Source of the DNA: Eledone cirrhosa
Lineage: Eukaryota
Assembly: GCA_964016885.1 (NCBI GenBank)
Contig: OZ024740.1
Location: forward strand, 410,936,001-411,000,000
Length of the DNA stretch: 64,000 nucleotides
Reading direction: 5' to 3'
Below the pieces are notes generated by a model. That model worked only from the letters and a program-made list of their open reading frames with translations. It did no database searches and had not been told where the DNA came from. Shown here piece after piece: positions 27,267 to 39,699 of this stretch. The position numbers and the translations under genes were made by a program. Every line of letters starts with the position of its first letter. Position 1 is the first letter of the stretch.

Positions 27267-27728
27267 ATAATATAATATAATATAACTTAGAGTTTACACT
27301 CAATGGGGTCATTTACAATTATTTCAGCTCTAAGAATCGCTTCTGAGCAGTATAAATTAATATATGATAAACATTTACATGTTTTAGTTGCAATTGACTA
27401 ATAAAATCGTTAGAATGAAATATCTTAATTCAAATACATATAGTTTGCCTGTACGATCTAAAAAATAATAAATCAATACTCACAAACCCATATGGCCTTT
27501 TGCCCATATGGGTTTGTGAGTATTGATTTACTATTTTTTAGATCGTACAAGGCAAACTATATGTATTTGAATTAAGATATTTCATTCTAACGATTTTATT
27601 AGTCAATTGCAACTAAAACATGTAAATGTTTATCATATATTAATTTATACTGCTCAGAAGCGATTCTTAGAGTTGAAATAATTGTAAATGACCCCATTGA
27701 GTGTAAACTCTAAGTTATATTATATTAC
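27267..27728. repeat. Near-perfect palindrome, ~230-bp arms, 8-nt loop (27496-27503)
   Basis: CACAAACCCATATGG-CCTTTTGC-CCATATGGGTTTGTG at the centre; arms are reverse complements. Confidence 0.9.
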
Positions 27729-27729
27729 T

Positions 27730-28050
27730 GCTCCCTCAGTCGAGCTGAATTTGTAATCCCATATAAACGGCTGTTATTTCTAGCACTATGTGTGGGAGGT
27801 TAGAGGACTGGAATAAGTCGTGTGCAAAACCTCGTGTATTTTCGCTACGTTAACCAGACCTTAGATATTTTTCTGAGGTGAAGTTACTTAATTAGAGAAT
27901 AATTACACAATTAGAGAATAATTCACTTTTTTTGTTAATTAAGGTCTCATAATTATTAATAATCAACAGGGTTTCCATTGTACAGAGCGGGCAGTTATTT
28001 GATATACTAGAGTTCGGTAAATTCCAGAGTTCCGAAGTTTTGTCCAAAGA
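27730..28050 (-). mobile_element. PLE endonuclease C-terminal remnant
   Basis: NNCPLCTMETLLII..LINKKSELFSNC, the Neptune-type C-terminal motif also seen at ~17515 and ~20250. Confidence 0.6.
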
Positions 28051-29793
28051 ATGGAGTATTTCAGCAACCCTGATATGGCCGATCTGGGCCGTATCAGAGA
28101 TATTAACCCCCAACACACTATATCAGACATAACGTTTGGCGCCTCTGATGTCTTAGCGGCAATAAAAGAAATTAAACACAATTCAGCAGTAGGCCCCGAC
28201 AGGTTCCCTGCTTGTTTCCTGGAGGTGTGTCGATACCAACTTGCAACTCCTCTTGCTAATCTGTGGAGGAACTCACTGGACACTGGCTATATTCTTGAAA
28301 ACTTTCTGTCCCAGTCTTCAAAAAGGGAAATAAGTCCCTTGCAGGGAACGACCGTCCGATCTCACTCACCTCTCATATTATCAAGGTATTTGAGAGGGTG
28401 GTGAGATCACAAATAACCCACTTCCTTGAAAGCAACGGCCTGCTGAACTCCAACCAACATGGGTTCCGTAATGGAAGAGACTGCCTAACGCAGCTCCTGC
28501 ATCACTTTGACGATGTTTTGAGAGCCTTGGGAGAGGTCTCCAACACTGATGTCATCTACCTTGATTTCAGCAAGGCCTTCGACAGGGTTAATCATAAGTT
28601 TCTACTGAAAAAACTATCCAATGTTGGTGTCTCTGAAAGGTTACTACAGTGGATCAAATGTTTCCTGAGAGGCAGAACCCAGCATCTTGTAGTCGAAGGA
28701 GTAAAATCAAGCCCTGCCAAAGTCAGCAGTGGCGTCCCACAAGGCACTGTGTTGGGCCCACTTCTTTTCATCATCTACATAATGACATTACTGACATCAT
28801 CAAACACAGTAACATCAGGATCTTCGCAGATGATTCCAAGCTCCAAAGGGTCATCAATGAGGTGGGTGACCGGACTTGCCTTCATTCAGACCTACTGGCT
28901 GTTATCCAATAGGCAGAGATGAATAATATGCTGTTGAATGAGGATAAATTTGAACTAATCCACTTTGGAAAAAAGGATGTCCTGAAACTACCATACTCTC
29001 TTCCTTCGGGTGAAACTCTAGTGGCTTCCAATAACATCAGAGACCTGGGGATAATTGTCGACAACAATATAAGCTGGGCCACTCATATAAACAGCAAATT
29101 TGATATGGCCCGCAGAATGTGTTCCTGGTTTCTCAGAACTTTCCAGTCGAGAGATATCCACACTGTTGTCCTTCTCTTCTCCACTTTTGTCCGACCCCAC
29201 CTTGAATATTGTTGTCCACTGTGGTCACCCCACACGAAACAAAGTATCATGAAAGTTGAAGCACCCCAAAGGTCAATTACAAAAAAGATAGTTGGCATGA
29301 CAGGCCTTGACTATTGGGGTCGTTTAGAAAAGCTCAAACTTTATTCTCTTCAACGTCGCCGTGAGTGCTAGATTATCTGTATGATGTGGAAAATATTCCA
29401 TCAGCTTAGCCCAAATGATGTTGGCATCACCTTTAGTGTACACCCAAGGCTTGGGCCCCGTGCTATCCGCCCACGACAAAAATTCCACTCGCATCGCATA
29501 ACAATAATACGGCACAATTATTTCACCTCAATTGGCCCTGCACTCTTTAACATTACACCAAAACACATGAAAGCAGAGACAGACCCATCAAGTTCAAGAA
29601 GTCTTTGGATATATTCCTTCAAGACATCCCGGATAAGCCTCCTACACCCGGATATGCCTCCGTAAACAATAACTTTCTTCTCGAGTGGACCACGGTGCCC
29701 AAACACTGATTTGTAAGACTTCGCCAGGTGGTGCTATTAAGTTAGACATGGCCTGGGCCAATACTGGCCGAAACCTATCAAAGTTATCAAAGT
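28051..29793 (+). mobile_element. 5'-truncated CR1-type LINE (frameshifted RT)
   Basis: SAVGPD, NQHGFR, YLDFSKAFDRV, SGVPQGTVLGPLLF, FADDSKL, RPHLEYCCPLWSPH, LYSLQRRRE. 3' hairpin and (TATCAAAGT)2 tail. Confidence 0.88.
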
Positions 29794-29872
29794 TATATAT
29801 ATATATATATATACGAAAAGAGTCAGGACCCCGATGGCTGAGATCCGGCCGTTTCGACGGCTAGATCCGAAC

Positions 29873-29954
<82 letters not shown>

Positions 29955-30396
29955 TTCTCTCTATCTATTTATCTATTTACACACACTCACATACAATCGC
30001 GCACACACACGACACATAGACGTGCAAACACACACATCACACACACATCACACACACAGACACACATACGAACACACACACACACGCGCGCACACCCATA
30101 CGCACACACACACACACACACACACACACGTGTGTGTTTAGAATACGGCATTTGGAAATTGAAGTGGAAGCATTCGCCGTATTTTGATTACAGTAAATAT
30201 TCTACTAAGAGGCCACATAAGTCCCTAAAACAGTAACAATCCTTATTTTGACCGTATTGGGTTCATATATGTCTGTTTAGAGACTATTTTCTAGAGCCAA
30301 AATACGGCGAAAACTTGTAATTCAATGTTCAAATATACACATATATACAGACACAGACACATTGACACCGACACACACATATATACACACACACGC

Positions 30397-30485
<89 letters not shown>

Positions 30486-30601
30486 TCTATATTCCTTTAT
30501 ATGTATATGTGTACATATGGTAGTTTTTTTATGGTAGAGGTTTTGAAATTTTCATATATCTACTTTTATCATATAAATATATATACATACATACGTATAT
30601 A

Positions 30602-30661
<60 letters not shown>

Positions 30662-30772
30662 TACATATACATACATATATGTGTGTGTTATAACAGAGCA
30701 TCAATTTTTATGGCAGTTGATTTTTCAATTGATAAGCCACTCATTCATAGAATATATTTGATCTATCTATCT

Positions 30773-30862
30773 GTTAAATATTTTATGTAAAACCCCCGCC
30801 GTCACGTCTTGTAATGTCCCATTTGTGTACGTCCCTGTGGCAAATAAAGAAAAAAAAGAAAG
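30773..30862 (+). mobile_element. 3' tail fragment of the Tx1-like family, between (TATC)n runs
   Basis: TGTAAA..CCC..TTGT..TGTCCC..GTGGCAAATAAAGAAA matches 35160-35222. Confidence 0.75.
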
Positions 30863-30872
30863 ATATCTATCC

Positions 30873-30910
<38 letters not shown>

Positions 30911-31024
30911 ATTTCTATACCCCTCCCCTCCAACGCGGAAGATGACCCTAGTTCGTCGTCAGACGAGGAGGAGCACTTCCACACAATCAAAAGAAAAAAA
31001 AGAAAACACACCTCAGACACACAA

Positions 31025-31498
31025 ATGAAAAAAACCCCTCCCCAAAACATAACACTGACACCAACACAAAAGAGCTCACAACAGCAAACAAAAAACACCA
31101 CACAAAAACAAAAACATGCATACACATACATAAATACAAGAAACAAAAAACTGTTAAACATTGTGTACAACAACAATCTAATAAAAACACAAGGGCCTAA
31201 CTTCACCCAGGCAGGGGATTTCCCCCACCTCAAAATGATTAAGGCCCCACAGGACACCTATAAAACTTTAAAAAACAATTTTAAAGAGGACGTGGGTCCC
31301 CCCTGCGTCGGGCCCATTAACCGAGTCCTCCTAAAAAACTATCCCACCCCCTCCCCAAACACCCTCACAACTCCAAGCTCCCCAACCACACAACACACTG
31401 ATGCCCCCACACTTCCACAAACCACCACCCCACCCAACAACCCATCCCCCACCCTAATGGAAATTGTGCAGCCCGATACCCGGGACGCAGAGAGGTAA
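31025..31498 (+). CDS. Probable C-terminal part of ORF1 (Pro/Thr/Lys-rich, G-depleted)
   Basis: Open frame ending in TAA 24 nt before the ORF2 ATG. Confidence 0.5.
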   Translation: MKKTPPQNITLTPTQKSSQQQTKNTTQKQKHAYTYINTRNKKLLNIVYNNNLIKTQGPNFTQAGDFPHLKMIKAPQDTYKTLKNNFKEDVGPPCVGPINRVLLKNYPTPSPNTLTTPSSPTTQHTDAPTLPQTTTPPNNPSPTLMEIVQPDTRDAER

Positions 31499-31522
31499 GT
31501 GCCTTTTCTCTTCACCACCAAC

Positions 31523-34500
31523 ATGGCTATGCTAAGAGTAGGCTGTTTAAATGCGCGTGGCCTGGGCTCAACTTGGAAGCAAGCAATGCTTCTAAATGAC
31601 CTCAGGTCACAACGTATAGATGTGATGGTTATTTGCGAGGCCCGGATCAGCAACGTGCGACAGCTGGCCCCCACCTTTGATGACTTTGAGATGCACGCAT
31701 CTCTCTGTCAGCCTGGAGGTGGGGGTGGAGTTGTCGTTCTGCTGCAAAAACATCTGGGTCTCGCAACACAGATGGTACATTTGGACCCGGAGGGTCGACT
31801 AGTGGTTCTGGACCTTGGCAGTGGTAAAGGCGGAGCGTTTAGGTTGGTAGCCGCCTACGGCCCTTTCGGGTCAATGCGGCCGGACTTCTTCCATCGTCTG
31901 GAGACTTTTCTAGGGACGTCCCGCTCCTTGCTATTAGTGGGGGACTGGAATGGTATCCTAGATCCACGCTGGGACTACGTAGGGGCCTGCCCCGATAGAG
32001 AGGGGTGTAATAGCCTCAAAGGGTTAATCGGTCGATTTGACCTGGCCGATAGATATCGACTAGATTTTCCGACTGCGCCAACCTGGACTTGGGCAAATCG
32101 TAGCGGATCATCTAGGTCGTACCTAGATAGGTTCTTAGTTAGAATTAAGGATAAGGACTTTTTAAGTTGTCCAAAAATGCGCATTGTTGGCTATTCAGAC
32201 CACAAATTAGTGACCTGCATGGTCAACCTTGACAGAACTCATAGACAGGGCCCCGGTTACTGGAAGCTCAACTTGTCCTTGCCGGCAAGTAGAGCCTACA
32301 GGAATCGGATTAGTACGTTAGTTAAGGAACGGTTGACTGGAGCGATCGTCAACAGCAGGTGGTGGGTATCTCTAAAGAGAGAGATTAGAGTAGTCTCGAT
32401 AGAATTTAGTAAGGTTCTAGCTGCGGATAGGAATAGGAAGGAAAGGGAGCTAATAGATAGAGTAGAAGAGGCAATTAGAAGCGGCGACGTGGCCAGAGTG
32501 CTAGCGTCGAGAACGGCTTTGAGCCAGTTTTTCGACGCGAAGCACGAAGGCTGCGTTGTCCGAAGTAAAATACGTGCTCTAGGGAACGAGGGGACCAAAG
32601 CTGTTAGCTGGGCCCGCGTGACAGAGGCCAACAGTGGAACTAAATCCACCATCCGGTCTTTGCGAGACCTGGATGGACGGGCGATTCTTGAGCCTAAGCA
32701 GATGTGTGAGGCCTTTCAAAGGCACTTTGCCCGACTGTTCGGGAGGGGCGGGGAGCCGGTTGGGAACGTGGACTTCGGTCCATACCTCGACGGCCTGCCG
32801 CGCCTCTCGGACAGGGAGGCGAAGTCCTGCGAGGAGCCGATTTCGGCCGCTGAGATAGAGGACGTGCTGAGCCAATGCGGCAAACGCAAATCCCCGGGTC
32901 TCGATGGTCTTCCTTGCGAATTATATCTAGCTATGCCGGACTTGTTCCCCGATCTCCTCGAGGCGGTCTACTGCAACTGGCAACAGAACGGGAGAATTCC
33001 CTGTACTGTGACCAAGGGCGTAGTCACGCTAGTGAGGAAGGACGAGAACAAGGGGGACGAAATAAGTAACTTCAGGCCCATAACACTGCTAAATACAGAG
33101 TTACAGATTTTGGCCAAGGTGCTAGCAAAGAGGTTGGCGCTTGTCGTGGGCAACCTGGTGGGAGATGCGCAGACATGCGCTATCCCGTCCAGGTCCATCC
33201 ATGACAACCTCCACCTCATGCGATACATCATAGAGAGGGTTGGGAACGAACCCGGCTTTGGTGGGGCTCTGATCAACTTGGATCAATCTAAGGCGTTCGA
33301 TAGGGTCGACCATGGTTACCTGGATGCGGTGCTAGCGGCGGCAGGCTTCGGACCCGTTTTCAGGGGCTGGATCACTGCTATGCACAGCAGCCGCATCTGC
33401 TCTAGGGTCAAGGTGAACGGCTACCTCTCGGAGCCGTTCAAAATCGCGCGGTCCATCCGACAAGGGTGCCCTCTCTCCTCCCTTCTGTATGTATTGACTC
33501 TCGAGCCACTACTGCGGAAGTTGGAGTTGTTGCAGGGCATCCCTTTGGAACCGGGATTGCGGAAAGCGGTGTCGGCCTACGCCGATGACGTGACAGTAAT
33601 GGTGTCGACGGCCTCCGAAATCGAGGCGGTCGGCACCTTACTGGAGGAGTACGAAAAGTTCACAGGGGCTAAGCTGAACCGGGACAAGTCGATCGGTTTG
33701 CAACTCGGCACGTGGAGGGGCAGACCGATGCCCTCCGATAGCGTCGTCGGACGCTGGACGGAGGGCCCGGTGAAGTTGCTCGGGGTCTGGTTCGGACCGG
33801 ACCTCCAGGTGGAGAAAAACTGGGCGGAGGTTACGAACAGAGTGTTTGCACTGACCCAGAAGTGGGCCAGTTGCAAACTATCCCTGAAAGGTCGGGCGGA
33901 GGTGGCGAACACCTACATAGCGTCCGTCATCTACTACCGCCTGACCGTAGTGCCCTGCCCAAGGGAAACCCTCACCAAGATGGAGCGCGCGCTCTTCCAA
34001 TTCCTTTGGAAGAGGCGGGCTCCTATGGTGAGGAGATCCATCTGCTGTCAACACCCTTCGAAAGGAGGGCTGGGGATGCCGTGGCTAATGATGCGTAAAC
34101 ACGCATTAAGGCTACGGCACCTCTACGTATTCCTCACCGGACAACCGGTGTGGGCCTCGTTTGTGAGACGAACCTTTCCCAGACTCGTCTCACTCACCGA
34201 GCTGCAATCCTGGGTCAAGCAAAGACCGAGAAAACTGGGCGCCTGGCACACTGAGTGTGCCCAGGCGCTCACCGCCCTCTGGCAGGCGGATCCGGTTATC
34301 AGTGGAGACTCCACCGCAACATTCTATAGAGGGCTGGTACGCAGCAGGTGCGACGACGCCCTCGGAGAAGCCCTAGACATGGAGGAGGACGAACTGGCCA
34401 GCCTTTTCGGTAGGACATTCAGCCCGGGACCTATGGACAACTTCCAGAAGTCCCTGGCCTGGCAGTGCTACCGAGGGGCTTTACCCGTTCGAGAAAGGCT

Positions 34501-34960
34501 CTACAGACACGGGCGCCCGGGTAGGGACCCCGCCAAAAAGATCTGTCCCAGATGCGTGTGCGACGAGGAAACCGTTGCACACGCATTAGTACACTGCTCG
34601 GGCGTAGCCGATCTGTGGGGCTATGTCGAACAACTGCTGTCAAGGGTGGGACCGATCCGGTTGACCACCGAGTCTATTGTAATGATCAAGCCGCCTCCCC
34701 CCTTCAAAGATGAAGCAGAGGCGGTGTTTCTGTGCGTAATAGCCATGGCGAAAGAGGTTGTATGGTGGACGCGTCTGAAAGGACTGAGGTCGGGCACCTT
34801 TCTCTCTGGCCAACAACTGGTCCGTTTCTTCCGATATCATTTCGGAAGAAGGATCAGGATGGAGAGAGAGGTGCTGCACCCCAGCCGTTTCTATGAAAGA
34901 TGGGTGAAAGTGGCGAGAATGGCCCGTGTGAATGGGCCTTCACTCTACATCAGACTATAG
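31523..34960 (+). CDS. ORF2: APE endonuclease + reverse transcriptase + CCHC zinc knuckle (1145 aa from ATG 31523)
   Basis: GCLNARGL, VGDWN, SYLDRF, SDHK, GPGYWKLN, KSPGLDG, FRPITLLN, LDQSKAFDRV, RQGCPLS, YADDV, GGLG, CPRC..ETVAHALVHC; uninterrupted. Confidence 0.96.
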   Translation: MAMLRVGCLNARGLGSTWKQAMLLNDLRSQRIDVMVICEARISNVRQLAPTFDDFEMHASLCQPGGGGGVVVLLQKHLGLATQMVHLDPEGRLVVLDLGSGKGGAFRLVAAYGPFGSMRPDFFHRLETFLGTSRSLLLVGDWNGILDPRWDYVGACPDREGCNSLKGLIGRFDLADRYRLDFPTAPTWTWANRSGSSRSYLDRFLVRIKDKDFLSCPKMRIVGYSDHKLVTCMVNLDRTHRQGPGYWKLNLSLPASRAYRNRISTLVKERLTGAIVNSRWWVSLKREIRVVSIEFSKVLAADRNRKERELIDRVEEAIRSGDVARVLASRTALSQFFDAKHEGCVVRSKIRALGNEGTKAVSWARVTEANSGTKSTIRSLRDLDGRAILEPKQMCEAFQRHFARLFGRGGEPVGNVDFGPYLDGLPRLSDREAKSCEEPISAAEIEDVLSQCGKRKSPGLDGLPCELYLAMPDLFPDLLEAVYCNWQQNGRIPCTVTKGVVTLVRKDENKGDEISNFRPITLLNTELQILAKVLAKRLALVVGNLVGDAQTCAIPSRSIHDNLHLMRYIIERVGNEPGFGGALINLDQSKAFDRVDHGYLDAVLAAAGFGPVFRGWITAMHSSRICSRVKVNGYLSEPFKIARSIRQGCPLSSLLYVLTLEPLLRKLELLQGIPLEPGLRKAVSAYADDVTVMVSTASEIEAVGTLLEEYEKFTGAKLNRDKSIGLQLGTWRGRPMPSDSVVGRWTEGPVKLLGVWFGPDLQVEKNWAEVTNRVFALTQKWASCKLSLKGRAEVANTYIASVIYYRLTVVPCPRETLTKMERALFQFLWKRRAPMVRRSICCQHPSKGGLGMPWLMMRKHALRLRHLYVFLTGQPVWASFVRRTFPRLVSLTELQSWVKQRPRKLGAWHTECAQALTALWQADPVISGDSTATFYRGLVRSRCDDALGEALDMEEDELASLFGRTFSPGPMDNFQKSLAWQCYRGALPVRERLYRHGRPGRDPAKKICPRCVCDEETVAHALVHCSGVADLWGYVEQLLSRVGPIRLTTESIVMIKPPPPFKDEAEAVFLCVIAMAKEVVWWTRLKGLRSGTFLSGQQLVRFFRYHFGRRIRMEREVLHPSRFYERWVKVARMARVNGPSLYIRL

Positions 34961-36329
34961 GTGAGGAAGATGAAAGACCAAGGGAGCACCCCTTCTCTGT
35001 GCTCCTGAGGAGAAGGGTTGCACACTTTTTTCGGGGGTGTGTGCGACCCCCCAAGGCGCCTCCTCTCTATTGAGGATTTTGTTAAAAATTTTATTTTTTG
35101 TTATATCTTATTTTATTTTTATATTTTGTTATTGCCTCCTCCTTATTGAGGACGCCTTTTTGTGTAAACTCCCCCCTTTGTACTTGTCCCACTTTTGATG
35201 CCCTAGTGGCAAATAAAAGAAATATATCTATATTTCTATCTACTTAAGCTAATAATTCAAAGTACTCCTCCAAATAATAACCAGAATATTTTCATGAAAT
35301 AATGAATACAAATATTCACAATAAATCTAGTTTTACAGTAGTGGCTAATGAATTGAGAGTATTAATGATTTGAAAGCATCAGAGCTGTGTATGTAAAATG
35401 TAATATAATCTTCGAAATTAATGTATTTCTCGAGAGCATCAGTAAATGATGAACGATGTATCTAAACGGTCCCGAATAACCCAGTTGGTTACTACAAATT
35501 TACATTTCAAACACTGTTTCCAAACCATTCAGTCTGCTGGGGTTTAGCGGAAGCTTCTTCGAACTATGCTTTACGTTTGATTCAGAAATAACATGTAGAC
35601 ATTTATTAATTAAAATTGCTTCAGTTATCTATTTCAAAACCCTCGTGCCACTTCATCTTTCCTACTTACAGATGACAGGCAACATTCAAATCGTGAAAGT
35701 AATGGCTCGTAGAAACTATAACACATTATTGACTAGGACTGTGTAATATTTCTGTTTATGTTTGTGTGTTTACTTTTGGTACTTTTTGTTTAAATAATTC
35801 ATCAATAAGGAAAAAATCAAAAGAGGAAGCACAGCACTTTTCTTTGAAATTTCATTGAATTGTCTTTGAAAATAGAGAATATATTGGAATTGTCTGAGTC
35901 AAGATGATATTTTTACGATATTGGATTATTTAATTCATTTCTTATTGACAATTATTAATTTTTTAATATTGATTAAAATTCATATACTTCCTCATATATA
36001 GATAGAGGGTAATCAATGTAATCTATGTCCATTGACCTCAGATGTAGAAGAATTGCAGTAAACTCTGCGAAGTGTTTCGCCTCGCATGTGATAGTTATTG
36101 AAACACTATTTCATTTTGAAATTCTAAATGTTAATAACGTGTACGAGATTTGTCGCAGAAGAAAGGGTTCGGATGACCGATCTAAATGTATATTAGACGT
36201 ACATGAAATTACATGTTGTCTCCTTCAGAATATGACCCTTGCACAGTCACATAGTGGTTCCAATGTTTTACCCACTGATAGACGCAGTACTGGAAGTAAG
36301 TTTCTGTGAGTGTCCTTTTTTGTCGATTA

Positions 36330-36805
36330 CAATTTTTTTGTATGTTTTCCACAGACACTAAATAATGACTCTTCAAGTTGAATTCCAACTGAGGTAAGAG
36401 GTAGACATTACACAGAGCTAGACTTGGGCTGTACAGAAGATTGGTAATGTTTTTCTTTGCCAGATATTTTTTAACTGAAAGTGCTGTATGAGCAGGTGCG
36501 TTATCGTGGTGCAGGTCCCAAACTCCTGCAACATCCTTTCGGACTCCATGAACCTGTTTTTGAAGTCATACCAAAACATATATATATATATATAGAAGGT
36601 GCGAGTAACTGCCTACCCAGTAGGTCAATATTCTTTGTGGACAATACCACTGCTGTTAAAAAATATGTATATAATCGTCATTTTTACCCTGGATCATCTC
36701 GTGTCCTTTCTTGGGACGAGGAGGAATTTTCATATGCCACTTCTCGTTTTGCCGTTTTGTCTCTGATTCGTACTCTAACATCCATGCTTTATCCCTGTCA
36801 GAATC
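36330..36805 (-). pseudogene. Decayed mariner transposase fragment
   Basis: Minus strand gives LTG..W, GIVHKE, LHHDNAPAHT and LYSPSLAL (cf. YSPDLAP) in the correct order. Confidence 0.75.
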
Positions 36806-37215
36806 GGTAGATCATCGGACACCATGCTCTGCGGCATAGAGTTACGACCCTTTACGTTCTGATTTCAAATCCCGCTAAGGTTAGCTTTGCATTTCATCCT
36901 TACGGGGTCGATAAAATAAAGCACCAGTAACGCACTGGGGTCGATTTAATTGATTTTTCTCTCCCCCTCAAATTGCTGGCCTTGTACCAAAAGTAGAAAC
37001 AGTTATTATTTTATACAAGAAAGGGCGGTGGATTGACAGTATCGGTAGAGGGTCATGCTTTGACGCATAGAATTACGGCCCTTTCCATTCCGAGTTCAAA
37101 TCCCGCCGAGGTCAACTTTGCCTTTCATCCTTACGGGGTCGATAAAATAAAGTACCAGTAATGTACTGGGTAATTGCTGGCCTTGTGCCAAAAGTAGAAA
37201 CAATTATTTTATACA
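36795..37215 (+). mobile_element. Two head-to-tail SINE copies (~36795-37010, 37022-37210)
   Basis: Both have the B-box, central domain and tail; both are followed by TTATTTTATACAAGAAA. Confidence 0.85.
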
Positions 37216-37879
37216 AGAAAATTGACTCAATTTCGAGACTTTCTCGCAAATCCTAATAAATTTCCAGCCGGTTCACCGTTTTTTCCACAGGCAAGTGTTT
37301 GAGCTCTGGTTTTGCACAACTGTTTCGCATGTGCAAATTGTCTGTTGCATGTGCAAATTTAATGCAAATAAATACAGATAGAAACCAGAATAAGAAATAT
37401 CAAATTTACAAAACATAACATCCCAAAATGTCATTATTGATTTCAAAATAATGTAATATTTGAACAAGAAATTGTGTACATTAAGATTTAGTGATGTTTT
37501 CACAACCCTAATATTATATTATATCATTAGTTACTGTCATGATAATTACATAACCTATTTACTTTCAATCATTTTATTATCTGAAACAGCTTATCCATTA
37601 TCATACTTCTAATTTGTGAAATAATTACTCCAAGTATTGGTTTAGTCACACAGAATATGTCTCATTTATACGTTAAGTTTTTTGAATGTATGGATGTCGT
37701 AATACGAGGAATACATGCAGAATGAAGTATGCATGTATATATGAATGTTTTCATACACACATAGTTTCGATATCCCTCAACGGAGCAATTAATATTGTTT
37801 GTAATGGATTTTAATTCTAAACGTTTATACAAGCGTGTTAGACAAAAGTGTAGTATTATCATAGCAATAACCTGGTGGA

Positions 37880-39100
37880 AAAATTAAAATGGTAAACAAC
37901 ACATTAACCTACCACCACCCAAATCAACATTGAAGACAAATTCCAGAAGACTGTTAAGTTGATACCAGTACTTATTTAACACAATGGCCAATGGAGATCG
38001 TTAATGGATTACATAATGGGGTTGAGGAGTTAATGGGATGTAAAATATCCCAACTACTTACATTCCAAGGCACTTTCATTGAGAAGTCATATGCAACGGT
38101 ACCTCGCAAAATCACTTCACAAGATTACTCAGCACATGTTAAGACATTGGCAGTATTGATAGCCATGTAACCCCTCGTCTCATGGAAACACAAACAAAAC
38201 TAAATGAACAAAAATCAACTTCAATTGTGATCAAGAGAAAGGTGATAACAATACCATAGATATACGACTGCTGAGTTTACAGTAGCCGATTACAAATATA
38301 TAGAAATATATTACAGTAAAAAGGTTCACAAGTAGTTCTGTTGGGAATGAAAAGATAAGACATAATGAAAATAGCTTAGCTCAGTTAAAGAAGAAAAGGC
38401 AAGCAACATACAATTGAACATATTGATCAATAGTAAAATAACGTTCGATACAAATTAAATAATTGTTTCTACTTTTTGGCACAAGGCCAGCAAATACCCA
38501 GTGTATTACTGGTACTTTATTTTATCGACCCCGTAAGGATGAAAGGCAAAGTTAACCTCGGCGGGATTTGAACTCAGACCATAAAGGGCCGTAACTCTTT
38601 GCTGCAAAGCATGGCATCCGACCCTCTACCGATACTGCCAATCCACTTAAATAATGAACTCTGTAAACGCTGGCTGTGGCATCACGGTAGGCAATCCAAC
38701 ATTTATATCAATATATCCAACATCGAGAATATTCAAATATTGCCGACTCGAGACACACACAAGTCAATTTTTCTCAAGGGGATAGGATTGTCTGCCATGT
38801 GTTTGCATTAAAACCAGAAACTTTATCGCAACATGATAGGTCATACCACCAAGGATGTAAATGTTCCTCCAGGGAATGAACAGTAATCGTTCTTAGGGGA
38901 AATCTGGGATGTAAAACCATGAACATAATCCAGTGCATGAGTTTAATGAGTTATAGAATGAATATTGGAAAAACCTCTTTTCTAAAAATATGATTACATC
39001 AGTGAAATGCTTCTGACAGATATTGCGAAACTGCCGAAGCATGATTAATCTGGAAGAGACTTGCTAAAGAGATATTGATATAGAAAGCTAAAAAAAAAAA
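37880..39100 (+). pseudogene. Possible ancient R4/Dong-like non-LTR remnant, split by a SINE
   Basis: QKLYRNMIG..VNVPP..FLGEIWD resembles the pre-RT region of restriction-like-endonuclease clades; very decayed. Confidence 0.3.
38458..38647 (-). mobile_element. tRNA-derived SINE
   Basis: Nearly full-length; TSD TTAAATAAT. Confidence 0.9.
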
Positions 39101-39699
39101 ATGAAGGCTGGTAGTTTCACAGACCAGGCATATGTCCAGAATAAAGTGACATATGTGTGGAAACACTACAGGCTTATATCCCGCTTAACAGTCATGTATT
39201 AACTGCACATACTTGCATTCATAGGATTCTACTAGATCATTGCGTGACCTTCGGTGATAAGCTCGCAGGAGGAAAAGAGGGAAGTTTTGTGTTGAGCTTA
39301 AGGAGGGGAAGCAGCAGCGCCGACGACTACTGATAGTATTGCTTGATTACTACAAGGAATTTGACTCCACCTGACACTTACAGAATCTACGTGGCTTGCC
39401 ATTATTCCATTTGCTACAAATAATGGAATTGTAAACTTGACAATTATATGGTTCTTGGCAGAGTTGTTCTGCAAGAGAACGGGTTGCAGTTGGCGGATAA
39501 CGTTACCGCCACCAGAGATGATAATTTGTTGCAATATAAGAGGGTACCCTCCAGAGAAAAAAGCAACGCCTGACCAACAATGGTAAACTTCTATGGAAAC
39601 TGGAGCAATGGATGACACCTTCAGCTCCAACGGAAACTTACAATCCAGTGAAGGAGCTGCGATGTGGCGGGTAAAGGCCGCCTCTAAAAATGCCTAATC

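Larger units (their letters stand above)
30919..35224 (+). mobile_element. Tx1/L1-clade non-LTR retrotransposon, truncated within ORF1, 15-bp TSD
   Basis: TATCTATATTTCTAT at 30904-30918 and 35225-35239; ORF1 tail, intact ORF2, 3' UTR ending AATAAAAGAAA. Confidence 0.93.

Noticed and set aside
31975-34879. Many short overlapping or antisense ORFs inside Tx1 ORF2
   Set aside because: Shadow ORFs expected in GC-rich coding DNA; no motifs
37022-37110. tRNA-like A/B boxes
   Set aside because: SINE heads with no cloverleaf, continuing into the SINE body
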